Assembly (NCBI GenBank): GCA_048938445.1
Contig: JBHLME010000088.1
Location: 2,162 to 18,770 of the forward strand
Reading direction: 5' to 3'
Source of the DNA: Promethearchaeota archaeon
GTDB lineage: Archaea > Asgardarchaeota > Lokiarchaeia > Sigyniarchaeales > SOKP01
DNA: 16,609 nt
The notes below the pieces were generated by a model. The model ran no database searches, was not told where the DNA came from, and saw nothing but the letters and a program-made list of their open reading frames with translations. Position numbers and translations under genes: made by a program. Within the stretch, counting starts at the first letter, position 1, and every line of letters starts with the position of its first letter. Below are positions 1-9,035 of this stretch, one piece after another.

Positions 1-2
1 CA

Positions 3-773
3 CTTATCTTTGAAAATAATATACGTGATAACATTGAATATGGTATTTTTTTGAAACATCAGAGTTCCTATAATACCATAATTAATAATTTATTTTCAAA
101 TAATGGTTTATATTGTATTTGTTATGAGGGTGAATGTACTAATAATGTTTTTGATAATTTTGGTTGTTTTCCCGTAAATCTTGATCTACTTAATGAAAAT
201 CCAGAAGATCAAGAGTTACCTGTATATATGTTATATTCAGTAGTTTTCTTAATATTTTTTATAGGAATAATTTCCGGACTAAGTATTTTAAGTCTATCAA
301 AACGTAAGAGAATGAGAGAATATGGAATTGAAGTTGACCATCGAGGATCAATATTCGTTAGAGATGGAACGAATCAATTTGAACAATATGAATTAGAGAA
401 AATGAAAATTACTACACCTATTGAAGTAAAACCTTATGAATTTTTTTGTTTTTCATGTAAGAAAAAAAGTATTGGTCATGAAGTATTCTGTCCTACCTGT
501 AGTCAAAGAATGAAATTGTATGATCCTTCAAAAACTTTAGTTTCACCTTTAAAAAAAGAGAAAAGAGATCAAAATAAATGTATATTATGTTTCCAATCTA
601 CCTGTCCAACTTGTAATTCCAATTTAATTGGTGAAAATAATTGTTTTGAGGAATGTCCTTATTGTGAAAGCGTATACCATAGACATTGTTGGAATAAGAC
701 GATTCATTCATTTGGAAAATGTGGATTTTGTCTTGAACCCCCACCTACCGAATTAATACCAAAAGATTTTTAA
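3..773 (+). CDS. 5'-truncated membrane protein: parallel beta-helix (NosD/CASH-like) end, one TM helix, zinc ribbon and RING-like Cys/His domain
   Basis: The frame is open from base 3 (LIFENNIRDNIEYGIFL-KHQSSYNTIINNLFSNNGLYCI), so TTG 51 is internal. The N-x-I-x-x-N / GI-x-L pattern is typical of beta-helix repeats. A hydrophobic stretch (LYSVVFLIFFIGIISGLSILSL) is followed by KRKRMR. CxxC-x10-CxxC and then CPYCESVYHRHCW...KCGFC lie at 447-731. Confidence 0.8.
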   Translation, partial: LIFENNIRDNIEYGIFLKHQSSYNTIINNLFSNNGLYCICYEGECTNNVFDNFGCFPVNLDLLNENPEDQELPVYMLYSVVFLIFFIGIISGLSILSLSKRKRMREYGIEVDHRGSIFVRDGTNQFEQYELEKMKITTPIEVKPYEFFCFSCKKKSIGHEVFCPTCSQRMKLYDPSKTLVSPLKKEKRDQNKCILCFQSTCPTCNSNLIGENNCFEECPYCESVYHRHCWNKTIHSFGKCGFCLEPPPTELIPKDF

Positions 774-833
774 AAATAATGAGTTTATAAACATAAAGGT
801 ATTAAGCTTTGTAAATCTCAATTTTTAAAATTT

Positions 834-1538
834 ATGGCTTCTTTCGATTTGAGGGAATACTGGATTGCTATTTTATTTACTGCTATTTTTATTTTTTTAA
901 TTTTATTGATAATTTATCCCTATTACCAAAGATTTAAATCTTTAAGAAAAGAAGGAATGTCTTATGGAGAAATTTATAAGTTCCTAAGATTAATATTTAT
1001 TCGGTCATCTAGTATCAGTATAGAGGAGACCTTAAATGATGAATTTCAAGAAGAAAAATTCGTTTCCCCTAAGAACGTCGATCCATATATATTTTTTTGT
1101 TCATTCTGTAATGTTACTTCTGTTGGCTATGAAGTCTTATGTCCAATTTGTGGAAAAAGAATGAGGCAACCTAGATTTAGCTTAATGGAGTCTAATCTTA
1201 ATAAAAATGAATCATGTTTAATTTGTCATGACATTAAATGTCCTGAATGTAATTTAGAATTAAATGGAAATGAATCTTGCATTCAGGATTGTCCATATTG
1301 TGAAAGTCTTTATCACTATCATTGTTGGAAAATAACAATGGAGAAATTTGGTAAGTGTGGGCATTGTTTAGAAAAACCTCCCCCAGATTTTGAAAAATTA
1401 ATATCCTTAGAACATCAAAAGAAACTAAATGAACCTGAATTAATGGCCAAGTTTGAAGCAGAAACGGGAAAAAAAGCTACTTGGGGTAATCGAATTACTA
1501 AAAATTATTTAAAATGGAAAGAAAAAAATTATCCTTGA
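834..1538 (+). CDS. Membrane-anchored zinc ribbon + RING-like protein, paralogue of the upstream gene's C-terminal half
   Basis: N-terminal TM (WIAILFTAIFIFLILLIIY) followed by basic residues. Cys/His spacing at 1098-1367 is identical to the upstream ORF. It has an extra basic/aromatic C-terminal tail. Confidence 0.85.
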   Translation: MASFDLREYWIAILFTAIFIFLILLIIYPYYQRFKSLRKEGMSYGEIYKFLRLIFIRSSSISIEETLNDEFQEEKFVSPKNVDPYIFFCSFCNVTSVGYEVLCPICGKRMRQPRFSLMESNLNKNESCLICHDIKCPECNLELNGNESCIQDCPYCESLYHYHCWKITMEKFGKCGHCLEKPPPDFEKLISLEHQKKLNEPELMAKFEAETGKKATWGNRITKNYLKWKEKNYP

Positions 1539-1561
1539 TTAAACATATTCTACAATCTATA

Positions 1562-2224
1562 TTAAGGTTTATTTTTATTCATGTAACCTGTAATGTATTT
1601 TCTCACCTCTTCAGCAGGTCTAAAAACTCCGAAATGACCCTCACAGAGAATATCTGCATTTAAATTAAGTAATATTTGCATCGATTTTTGGTATTGATTT
1701 AAATCAGAACCAAAACTTTTCATAAAGGGTCCATGGATATCTTGCCCAAAAAGAACTTTAATGCCTTCAATTTCAACTAGAACTGCAATTGAACCTGGTG
1801 TATGTCCTGGGGTATGAATTATTTTAAAATCATAAAGACCAACTTTTAATATTTCTTGATCTTCTTTAAAATGTCTTTCTAATTTAATTGGTTGATAATT
1901 TACTCCATACCATAAGGCTGCAGTTTTATTATCATGTCCTTTTTCCTCAATGGCTTTAGCATCTAATTCATGTGCATAAAATTTCACCTCTTTATTGAAT
2001 TTCCATAAATCATGACAAGCAGCGGTATGATCAATATGAAAATGCGTCAAAATACAATGTTTTATATTCATGGGATCAAGACCATTTTTTGAAATTGATT
2101 TTATCATTTCAAGGCTCATGCCACAATCAATTAATACTAATTCATTCTTTTGTTGAGTATTTACAATATAAACTGAACACCCTGAATCTCCTACATGATA
2201 AACATTATTAATAATTTCTTTCAT
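1562..2224 (-). CDS. Metallo-beta-lactamase-fold hydrolase (glyoxalase II-like)
   Basis: LIDCG, THFHIDH (HxHxDH), HTPGHTPGS, GQD and C-terminal EGH metal-binding motifs. Confidence 0.93.
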   Translation of the reverse strand: MKEIINNVYHVGDSGCSVYIVNTQQKNELVLIDCGMSLEMIKSISKNGLDPMNIKHCILTHFHIDHTAACHDLWKFNKEVKFYAHELDAKAIEEKGHDNKTAALWYGVNYQPIKLERHFKEDQEILKVGLYDFKIIHTPGHTPGSIAVLVEIEGIKVLFGQDIHGPFMKSFGSDLNQYQKSMQILLNLNADILCEGHFGVFRPAEEVRKYITGYMNKNKP

Positions 2225-2426
2225 TTTACTAAAATCTATCCTTAATATTTCTTTTTTTATTTAATCAAGTTAAATTAATTATTAATAGCATTTAATTCAA
2301 TAAAAAAATAATATTTTGTTTGTTTGATCAGAACTCAATTTCTTATTTATATAAACACTTTTTAATATGAACACTATTTTCTCCATGAAGATCACCATTT
2401 ATGATTCAAATTGTTAGAAAAAAATA

Positions 2427-3938
2427 ATGACAGTCAAAGATAAGAAATTATTGGATGATAAAGGTATTTCTCACCAATTGAATAATATTTTAAGTTTCAT
2501 CCTTGAAAGCTCAAATGATATATGCACAATTGTAAATAGTAAACTGCAAATAGAATGGATAAATGAAATATCTCATGAAAGAATATTAGGATATACTGAT
2601 ATGGATTTAATTGGAGAGAAAGTGACTAAATTCATACATCCTGAAGATCTTGATTATTTAGCTATTGAATTAAGAGATCTCCGAAAAGCAAATGATGGAA
2701 TGGTAACTTTAAGAATTAAAACCAAAAATGAAGTGTTCAAATGGATGGAATTTGGGTTTCATTTATTTAAAAGTAAGAGTGGTGATTTTAAATTCTTCTT
2801 GATTGGTAGAGATATAAGTGAAAGGAAAAATTTCGAGCGTAAATTAAAAGAATCAGAAGAAATGTACCGTTTATTCATGGAAAAATCTCATGATTTTTTT
2901 CTAATTCTTGGAAATGAATTTAATATTGAAAACATTAACCAACCTAATTTTCAAGAGGTTTTGGGATATTCAAATGAAGAGTTATTAGGAAGAAAAATAT
3001 TTGACATCATACGTCCAGAATATCATAAAATCGCTAGAGAAATTTTAATAAAAGGATCAAAAGCGGAAAATAAAGAAATCATTATATGGGATAAAAAAGG
3101 TCATAATATCCATATAGACATTAAAAGTAGTATTTATAAAAATAGTAAAGGGAAGAAAAAAATATTAATTGCTGCACATGACATCTCTAAGCGCAAAGAA
3201 ACAGAAAGAAAATTGATATCATCTGAAAGAAAAAATCGTGAAGCATTTGAACGATCTGAATTTTATAAGGATTTATTCTCCCATGATATAAACAATATTC
3301 TCCAAACAATCTTATCGACTGCTGAAATTAGTTTATTAAAAATTGAAAATGAAATTAAAATTGAAGAACTAAAAGGATTACTAAAAGATATAATAAGACA
3401 AGTAGAACGAGGTTCAAGTTTAGTTTCTAACGTGCAGATTTTATCTAAAATAGAAAGCGATGCCCCATTATTAAAGAAAATGGAAATAATTCAAGTCTTA
3501 AAAGATGCTATAACTTTTATTAAAACAAGTTATCCTCAAGACATTAATATTCAAATTGAGTCACATGAACCAAAATATTTTACCTATACAAATGAATTAT
3601 TGCTTGAAGTGTTTGAAAATATACTTATTAATTCAATAAAACATAATGATAATAAAAAAATCAATATATTAATAAGAATTTCTCAAGAAATAATAAATAG
3701 TAATCAATTTATTCGAATTGAATTTCATGACAATGGGAGAGGAATAAAAGACTCAATGAAAAAAAAGGTTTTTAGCAGGTATTTTAGTGAAGACAAAACC
3801 GTCAACGGAATGGGTCTTGGATTATCTCTTGTACAAAAGATAATAAAAACATATAAAGGTAAAATCTGGGTTGAAAATAAAGTTAAAGATGATTATACGA
3901 AGGGAAGTAAATTCATCATCATTTTGCCGGAAATTTAA
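2427..3938 (+). CDS. Soluble PAS-PAS sensor histidine kinase
   Basis: Two PAS/PAC repeats (ILGY...FIHPED...RDISERK; VLGY...IIRPE...HDISKRK). H-box FSHDINN, N-box EVFENILINSIKH, G1 DNGRGI, G2 GMGLGL. No TM segment. Confidence 0.95.
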   Translation: MTVKDKKLLDDKGISHQLNNILSFILESSNDICTIVNSKLQIEWINEISHERILGYTDMDLIGEKVTKFIHPEDLDYLAIELRDLRKANDGMVTLRIKTKNEVFKWMEFGFHLFKSKSGDFKFFLIGRDISERKNFERKLKESEEMYRLFMEKSHDFFLILGNEFNIENINQPNFQEVLGYSNEELLGRKIFDIIRPEYHKIAREILIKGSKAENKEIIIWDKKGHNIHIDIKSSIYKNSKGKKKILIAAHDISKRKETERKLISSERKNREAFERSEFYKDLFSHDINNILQTILSTAEISLLKIENEIKIEELKGLLKDIIRQVERGSSLVSNVQILSKIESDAPLLKKMEIIQVLKDAITFIKTSYPQDINIQIESHEPKYFTYTNELLLEVFENILINSIKHNDNKKINILIRISQEIINSNQFIRIEFHDNGRGIKDSMKKKVFSRYFSEDKTVNGMGLGLSLVQKIIKTYKGKIWVENKVKDDYTKGSKFIIILPEI

Positions 3939-3976
3939 CAATTAATTATTTATAGTCATATTCCAACTCTATTTTT

Positions 3977-4726
3977 TTAAGAAAAAAACTTATCTCTTAA
4001 ACAAATTAATACATCAGGATAATTAGTGTATATTGCTTTAACAAATTCGTTCTTATATTTCCATTTTAATACTTTTTTCATTTGTGATTTATAGTTTACA
4101 CCCCAACAATAACATTTAAATCCATGATCAATGATACTTGTTAAATTGGTTCTTAATCTATTTTTATCAGCTTTAACATTGATTATATTAATATGATTGT
4201 CAATCATTTCTTTAAAAAGAAATTGTTGAGAATTTATATCTAAGATATCTAAAGGTAGTGTATGAACTAAATTTGTCTTCTTGTCATGCTTTCTCAAATG
4301 GGATAAAACATCAATTCTCAAATCAGTGATTTCAATATTTTCTAATATTTCAAATTTTTTAGAGAGTTTGATGAGCTCAATGCCCGTTTCCTTATCAAAA
4401 ATATCAAAACTAAATCGTAAATCAGTATTTTCATCTAAAAATTCAAGAAATACTTCTTCAAGAGTAGGAATGACTCGTTTATCTTGAAATTTAATTTTTT
4501 TTAGTTCTTTTAAGTTTAGTTCCTTAACTTCATAATGTTTATTGTTAATTGAAAAATAAGTATCATGAAAACATACTAGCACATTATCCTTAGTAAGTTG
4601 AACATCTGTTTCGATTCCTGCTCCCGTTTCTACAGCCTTTCTAAATGAAGGCATCGTATTTTCAATTTCATATCCCATTGCACCCCTATGTCCAAATATA
4701 TAAGGTTTAATCCGTTGTTTTTCCAT
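3977..4726 (-). CDS. Glycerophosphodiester phosphodiesterase (GDPD family)
   Basis: GHRGA...ENT, ETDVQLTKD...FHD, IPTLEEV and C-terminal IYTNYPD motifs. Confidence 0.92.
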   Translation of the reverse strand: MEKQRIKPYIFGHRGAMGYEIENTMPSFRKAVETGAGIETDVQLTKDNVLVCFHDTYFSINNKHYEVKELNLKELKKIKFQDKRVIPTLEEVFLEFLDENTDLRFSFDIFDKETGIELIKLSKKFEILENIEITDLRIDVLSHLRKHDKKTNLVHTLPLDILDINSQQFLFKEMIDNHINIINVKADKNRLRTNLTSIIDHGFKCYCWGVNYKSQMKKVLKWKYKNEFVKAIYTNYPDVLICLRDKFFS

Positions 4727-4824
4727 TTTTAATTTAAAATGATATATTATTTATCCAAATTTATTAATATAATAGTTTTTAAACAAAATTAAATTACCTA
4801 TATTACTTTTAACATTAATATTAA

Positions 4825-5649
4825 TTGAGTATAATGGAAGATATCAGTAATAAGACCAAATCTAATGAAGAAAAAGATGAAAGTGAGACTTTTAGTGCTA
4901 AGGTAAAAAAATACATCAAAAATCTTTTTGATTTTTCTCAGTATGATAAACAAACTATCATATATATCATTATATTTGGATTTTTAATCATATTTTCAAT
5001 CTTTTTATTCATTTATAATTATTTTATCGATAATACCTTTCTATACAATTTAGTTAGATTTTTCGTTGAATTTATTCAAAATTTAGAAATATGGGGAATA
5101 TTTATTTTTATTTTAGTAATGGCAATACAAGGTTTACTCATCCCAATACCCTCTGAAATAGTTCTTTTATCAACTGGAATGATTTGGGGTATTTGGGGAG
5201 GATCAATAATGGGAATTATTGGTTCTATGGCTGCGGGTCTTTTATGCTTTTATGTGAGTAAAAAAGGAGGTAGGCCGATTGCTGAAAAATTTGTAGGAGA
5301 AAAAGCAATGAAAATGGCCGATCATTTCATTGAAAAATATGGGATATGGGCAATTATAATTTCAAGATCTTTACCGTTTGTTGCTTTTGATCCAATAAGT
5401 TATGTATCAGGATTGGTGGAAATGGATGTGAAAAAATATTCTATAGGGACTTTTATAGGCGCAATCCCTCGAGCAATCTTTTGGGCTTGGCTTGGTTCTC
5501 TTTTTGGAATTGATCCTAATAATCCTAATATTGAAGCTGCTTCAGCAATTTTTAATGCAATTCTTTTAATTATAGTTGCTGTAATAGGAACTATGTTTAT
5601 CATCTATTATATTTATAGTATTTATTGGGTAAAAAAGCATCAATCTTAA
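4825..5649 (+). CDS. DedA/VTT (TVP38/TMEM64, SNARE-associated) family membrane protein
   Basis: Multiple TM helices with PIPSE, G-x-IWG, GGRP, SRSLPFVAFDPISY and GAIPR motifs. The start may be ATG 4834 rather than TTG 4825. Confidence 0.9.
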   Translation: MSIMEDISNKTKSNEEKDESETFSAKVKKYIKNLFDFSQYDKQTIIYIIIFGFLIIFSIFLFIYNYFIDNTFLYNLVRFFVEFIQNLEIWGIFIFILVMAIQGLLIPIPSEIVLLSTGMIWGIWGGSIMGIIGSMAAGLLCFYVSKKGGRPIAEKFVGEKAMKMADHFIEKYGIWAIIISRSLPFVAFDPISYVSGLVEMDVKKYSIGTFIGAIPRAIFWAWLGSLFGIDPNNPNIEAASAIFNAILLIIVAVIGTMFIIYYIYSIYWVKKHQS

Positions 5650-5685
5650 TAAATGATAAAAATCAATAAAAAAAAGAATAATAAT

Positions 5686-7548
5686 TTAAATCCCAAGTTG
5701 TTCTAACTTTTCTTTAGTTGGTGCTCCTGTTTCCCAGTCCCACCCGCGTAAGTTATAATAGACCTTTAAGTTTTCCTCTAAATCTACTTCGATACCTATT
5801 GAACCACCTGTACTCAAAGCAGTCGTGACAATTTTAGGCAAGTAATCATCTTCCCTCGTGCAACCTAGTTTGCAAGAAATAAGCCTTTTTAATGTATTCC
5901 CCCGTTCACCCGTTTCAAGTAATTTTTTCTTGTTTCCCAAATTCTTGCTTCCCGTTGCATTTTTAAAAGATTTGGTTAGTAAAGGCATGGGTAGAAAACT
6001 CCAATTACACATGACTCCTGAATCAAATAGATTTCTAATATCTTGAATTTCTTTTACTATTGCTTCCCGTCCATTGACGACAAACCTATCTGCTTTTCTA
6101 ACCCTACCGAATGAGCCAAAATCGCTGTCAACACCATAAATATCACCTTTATTATGATTCGCTCCTGTGCAACATGTCATGTAGCTGAGGGCTTGGTTTA
6201 AATATGCTCTAGGATCATGCATAGGTATCTCTAGTCCTTTTACATGTGCAGCAAGGCCTGGGTCGACACCTAAATCTCTTGCCATTACTTTTGTTCCCTC
6301 TGCTAAAAGCTGACCAATACCTTCTCTGTTGATGATCTGGTTTAAGAGTTTAATACCAATTTCTTCATTTCCCCATTTAATTTCTTCTAATGTCATGTTA
6401 GATAATAAATTGGAAATTTTATCAATAGCAAGCTTATTTTCAACGAGATATATCAGAAATGCGATGCAAACACCACTCGAAATGACATCTATACCATCTA
6501 AATTACATATATGATGTGCTTTGAGAATCGGTTTAAAATCATGTACTCCACATAATGGACCAAAAGCAGCTGCAGTTTCGTATTCTGGACCGTCTATTTC
6601 GGTTTCAACACCATCTAATTCCGCGATGGTTGTTCGTCCACATCCTATCGTGCATCCTGCGCAAGCATATTGTAATACGGGGTAATCTTCCATTAATTTT
6701 TTTCCTGTTAAGTTTTCAGCGGGAAAAATAGTATTTGTAAAATAATTAGCAGGAACATCACCAAATGTCATTGCTAAATCAGTATAACATAATGTTCCAT
6801 AATGAGAAAGCCATAAATAACTAAAATTAGTATTAATGCTACCAATTGATTTTCTACCATCTTCAGCTAGCTTTTTTCTATCACTATATTCAATTTTTTG
6901 TACACCTTTTACTGCTACAGCTTTTAATTTCTTTTTACCCATTAAGGCACCCATTCCACATCTTCCCGCAGCCCTACCTTCATCATTTATTACTGCTGCA
7001 TATTTAACTAAATTTTCACCACCCTTTCCAATACACGCTACACGTATTCGATCATCATTGAGTTCTTCTCTTATTGCTACTAAGGTTTCTCTTGTATTTT
7101 TACCCCAAATCGCATCTGCTTGTTTAAAGGAAATCTCACCATTATCTATCACCATGTAAATTGGTTTATCAGAATTTCCAGTTATAACAATTGCATCAAA
7201 ACCACATTTTTTTAAAGCGACGGGAAAGAATCCACCCGATGTAGATTCACCCCATATACCTGTTAATGGAGAAATTCCACATAGGGAATACCTGCTACTT
7301 GAAGGTGTTGCGGTTGCAGTTAAAGGACCAGTAGCAAAAATTAAGGGATTAATACTAGAAAATGGATTCTTTTTTAGTGTTTCATAATCCTCATTTGAAA
7401 ACATGTCATATAACAGTTTTGCAGAAAGGCTCACGCCTCCTATGTATTCTTCCGCTATTTTTGGATCAAGATCCTTTATTTCCACGTTTTGGTTATTTAA
7501 ATCAATATAAGCAATTTTTCCATTATATCCATATATTATTTCACTCAT
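5686..7548 (-). CDS. aor: Tungsten-dependent aldehyde:ferredoxin oxidoreductase family protein
   Basis: ATGPLT, SPLTG, GRAAGRCGMGALMGKKKLKAV, CAGCTIGC (Fe-S ligands), GPEYET, VKGLEIPMHDPR and YYNLRGWD...PT. Length is 620 aa. Confidence 0.95.
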   Translation of the reverse strand: MSEIIYGYNGKIAYIDLNNQNVEIKDLDPKIAEEYIGGVSLSAKLLYDMFSNEDYETLKKNPFSSINPLIFATGPLTATATPSSSRYSLCGISPLTGIWGESTSGGFFPVALKKCGFDAIVITGNSDKPIYMVIDNGEISFKQADAIWGKNTRETLVAIREELNDDRIRVACIGKGGENLVKYAAVINDEGRAAGRCGMGALMGKKKLKAVAVKGVQKIEYSDRKKLAEDGRKSIGSINTNFSYLWLSHYGTLCYTDLAMTFGDVPANYFTNTIFPAENLTGKKLMEDYPVLQYACAGCTIGCGRTTIAELDGVETEIDGPEYETAAAFGPLCGVHDFKPILKAHHICNLDGIDVISSGVCIAFLIYLVENKLAIDKISNLLSNMTLEEIKWGNEEIGIKLLNQIINREGIGQLLAEGTKVMARDLGVDPGLAAHVKGLEIPMHDPRAYLNQALSYMTCCTGANHNKGDIYGVDSDFGSFGRVRKADRFVVNGREAIVKEIQDIRNLFDSGVMCNWSFLPMPLLTKSFKNATGSKNLGNKKKLLETGERGNTLKRLISCKLGCTREDDYLPKIVTTALSTGGSIGIEVDLEENLKVYYNLRGWDWETGAPTKEKLEQLGI

Positions 7549-7556
7549 TCTAATTT

Positions 7557-7561
7557 ACCTC
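7557..7561 (-). promoter_or_regulatory. Shine-Dalgarno (GAGGT) for aor, overlapping the ADH stop codon
   Basis: The minus strand reads TAGAGGTAAATTAGAATG. The 12-nt gap between the genes suggests an operon. Confidence 0.6.
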
Positions 7562-8874
7562 TATTTGTAATATAATTCCATCAAATCGTCAATTTTATTT
7601 TCCCATGCAATTTCAAGCATTTTTCGCATTTCTTTGGTATTTAGTGGTCTCGTAGAAAAAAGCGAATCTATATCATTAAATGCATAATCTGTCATGATAT
7701 CGATTTGTGCCATATAATCCTCATATGAGATTTTTGGTTTTTCAAGTTCTTTAACTGATAATGGACAGCCTATTGATTTTATGAAAGTTTGCAGGTTAAT
7801 GAGTAATTCTCTTAAAATTTCATCTGGATTTTTATTTTCAGTTTTTACGTTGAATAATTTAGCAAGATCAAAGAATCTATTGGTAGCCTTTGATTGATAA
7901 GCTAAAGATGCGCATAGATATAGAGCAACAGCCACGCCATGATGGACATGAAAAGTGCTTCCTAATTGATGACCAAGAGAATGTTCAACTCCTGCTGAAA
8001 CATTACCAAAACCAACTCCTGCGATGTATGCTGCTAACTGCATTTTTTCCCGTGCTTCCATGTCTTTTCCTCTCTTTACAGCACGAGGGAGATAATCTAA
8101 AATCATTTCAATTGCTTTTAAATTATGCATGTCGCTATATTCACCACTTCGTGTTAAAACATAGGTGCCCATTGAATGAGCTAAAGCATCCATTCCAGTT
8201 CCCATTGTTAAATAAGGTGGCATGGATTTAACAAAATCTGGATAAAGGACCACAAAATCAAAACATAGTTCATAAGCATAGACCACGGTCTTTTTTGGTG
8301 GATCTCTATCTGTATCTGTTATTACTGATAATGGTGTTGTTTCAGATCCAGTGCCTGAAGTAGTAGGGATCGCAACTGTCGCATAAATCTTTTTACGAAG
8401 CCCAAAATAACTTGGAACTACAGCTGCATTTAAATTTATATTCGGTGCCTCATATAATAAATGGATCATTTTCGCAGTATCCATTGCAGAGCCTCCTCCA
8501 ACCGTGATCAATATCTTTGGATCATATTCTTGGCACATTTTAATACCTTCCATGATCGTATACTTTGGAGCATCTGGAAGGACATGATCAAAAATTTGAC
8601 TATCAATTTGCTTTAAAGATTTTAACCTTTCAGCAACAAATTCACCAAGCTTTCTCAAGTCTTTGTCTACAACAAGTAATACTCTTTTTTCTTCAGGTTT
8701 TAGGAAAGCTCCTAAGTGATTGCATAAATCAATTACAGCATTCGTCCCAACAAATACGGTTCTTGGACTCACGATAGGTGCATGGTATCCTCTTAAAGCT
8801 TTACTTCCCATTTTCATGAAAAGATTTCTTATATCTGGTTTTTCGTACCAAGCAACTTCTTCTTTATTTGACAT
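7561..8874 (-). CDS. Iron-containing alcohol dehydrogenase (Fe-ADH family)
   Basis: GGGSAMD, IPTTSGTGSE, and metal-ligand motifs DALAH, HSLGH and HHG. It has a ~35 aa N-terminal extension. Confidence 0.94.
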   Translation of the reverse strand: MSNKEEVAWYEKPDIRNLFMKMGSKALRGYHAPIVSPRTVFVGTNAVIDLCNHLGAFLKPEEKRVLLVVDKDLRKLGEFVAERLKSLKQIDSQIFDHVLPDAPKYTIMEGIKMCQEYDPKILITVGGGSAMDTAKMIHLLYEAPNINLNAAVVPSYFGLRKKIYATVAIPTTSGTGSETTPLSVITDTDRDPPKKTVVYAYELCFDFVVLYPDFVKSMPPYLTMGTGMDALAHSMGTYVLTRSGEYSDMHNLKAIEMILDYLPRAVKRGKDMEAREKMQLAAYIAGVGFGNVSAGVEHSLGHQLGSTFHVHHGVAVALYLCASLAYQSKATNRFFDLAKLFNVKTENKNPDEILRELLINLQTFIKSIGCPLSVKELEKPKISYEDYMAQIDIMTDYAFNDIDSLFSTRPLNTKEMRKMLEIAWENKIDDLMELYYK

Positions 8875-9035
8875 TATTCTATCTTCCTAAGTTTTTATAT
8901 ATGCTGACTTTTTTTCATATAAAAAATAATTCTTAATTGTTATTTTTCGTTTGCAAGCTTAATAAATCTTTATAATTGAGTTTTTATTCATATTTCATGG
9001 TAAATTAAAAAATATATTCAAAAAAATAATCAATA

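Noticed and set aside
51-53. TTG 51 as the start of the first ORF
   Set aside because: The frame is open to the window edge and the upstream codons continue the beta-helix repeat pattern.
4281-8777. Short track ORFs 4281..4487, 5400..5603, 5858..6046, 6329..6514, 6836..7159, 7362..7553, 7890..8231 and 8565..8777
   Set aside because: All are antisense shadows of well-supported genes (GDPD, DedA, AOR, ADH) and have no motifs.
8892-8925. Inverted repeat TTTTTATAT...ATATAAAAA in the ADH/fumarase divergent region
   Set aside because: It is composed only of A/T in a very AT-rich spacer and is explainable by chance or TATA elements.
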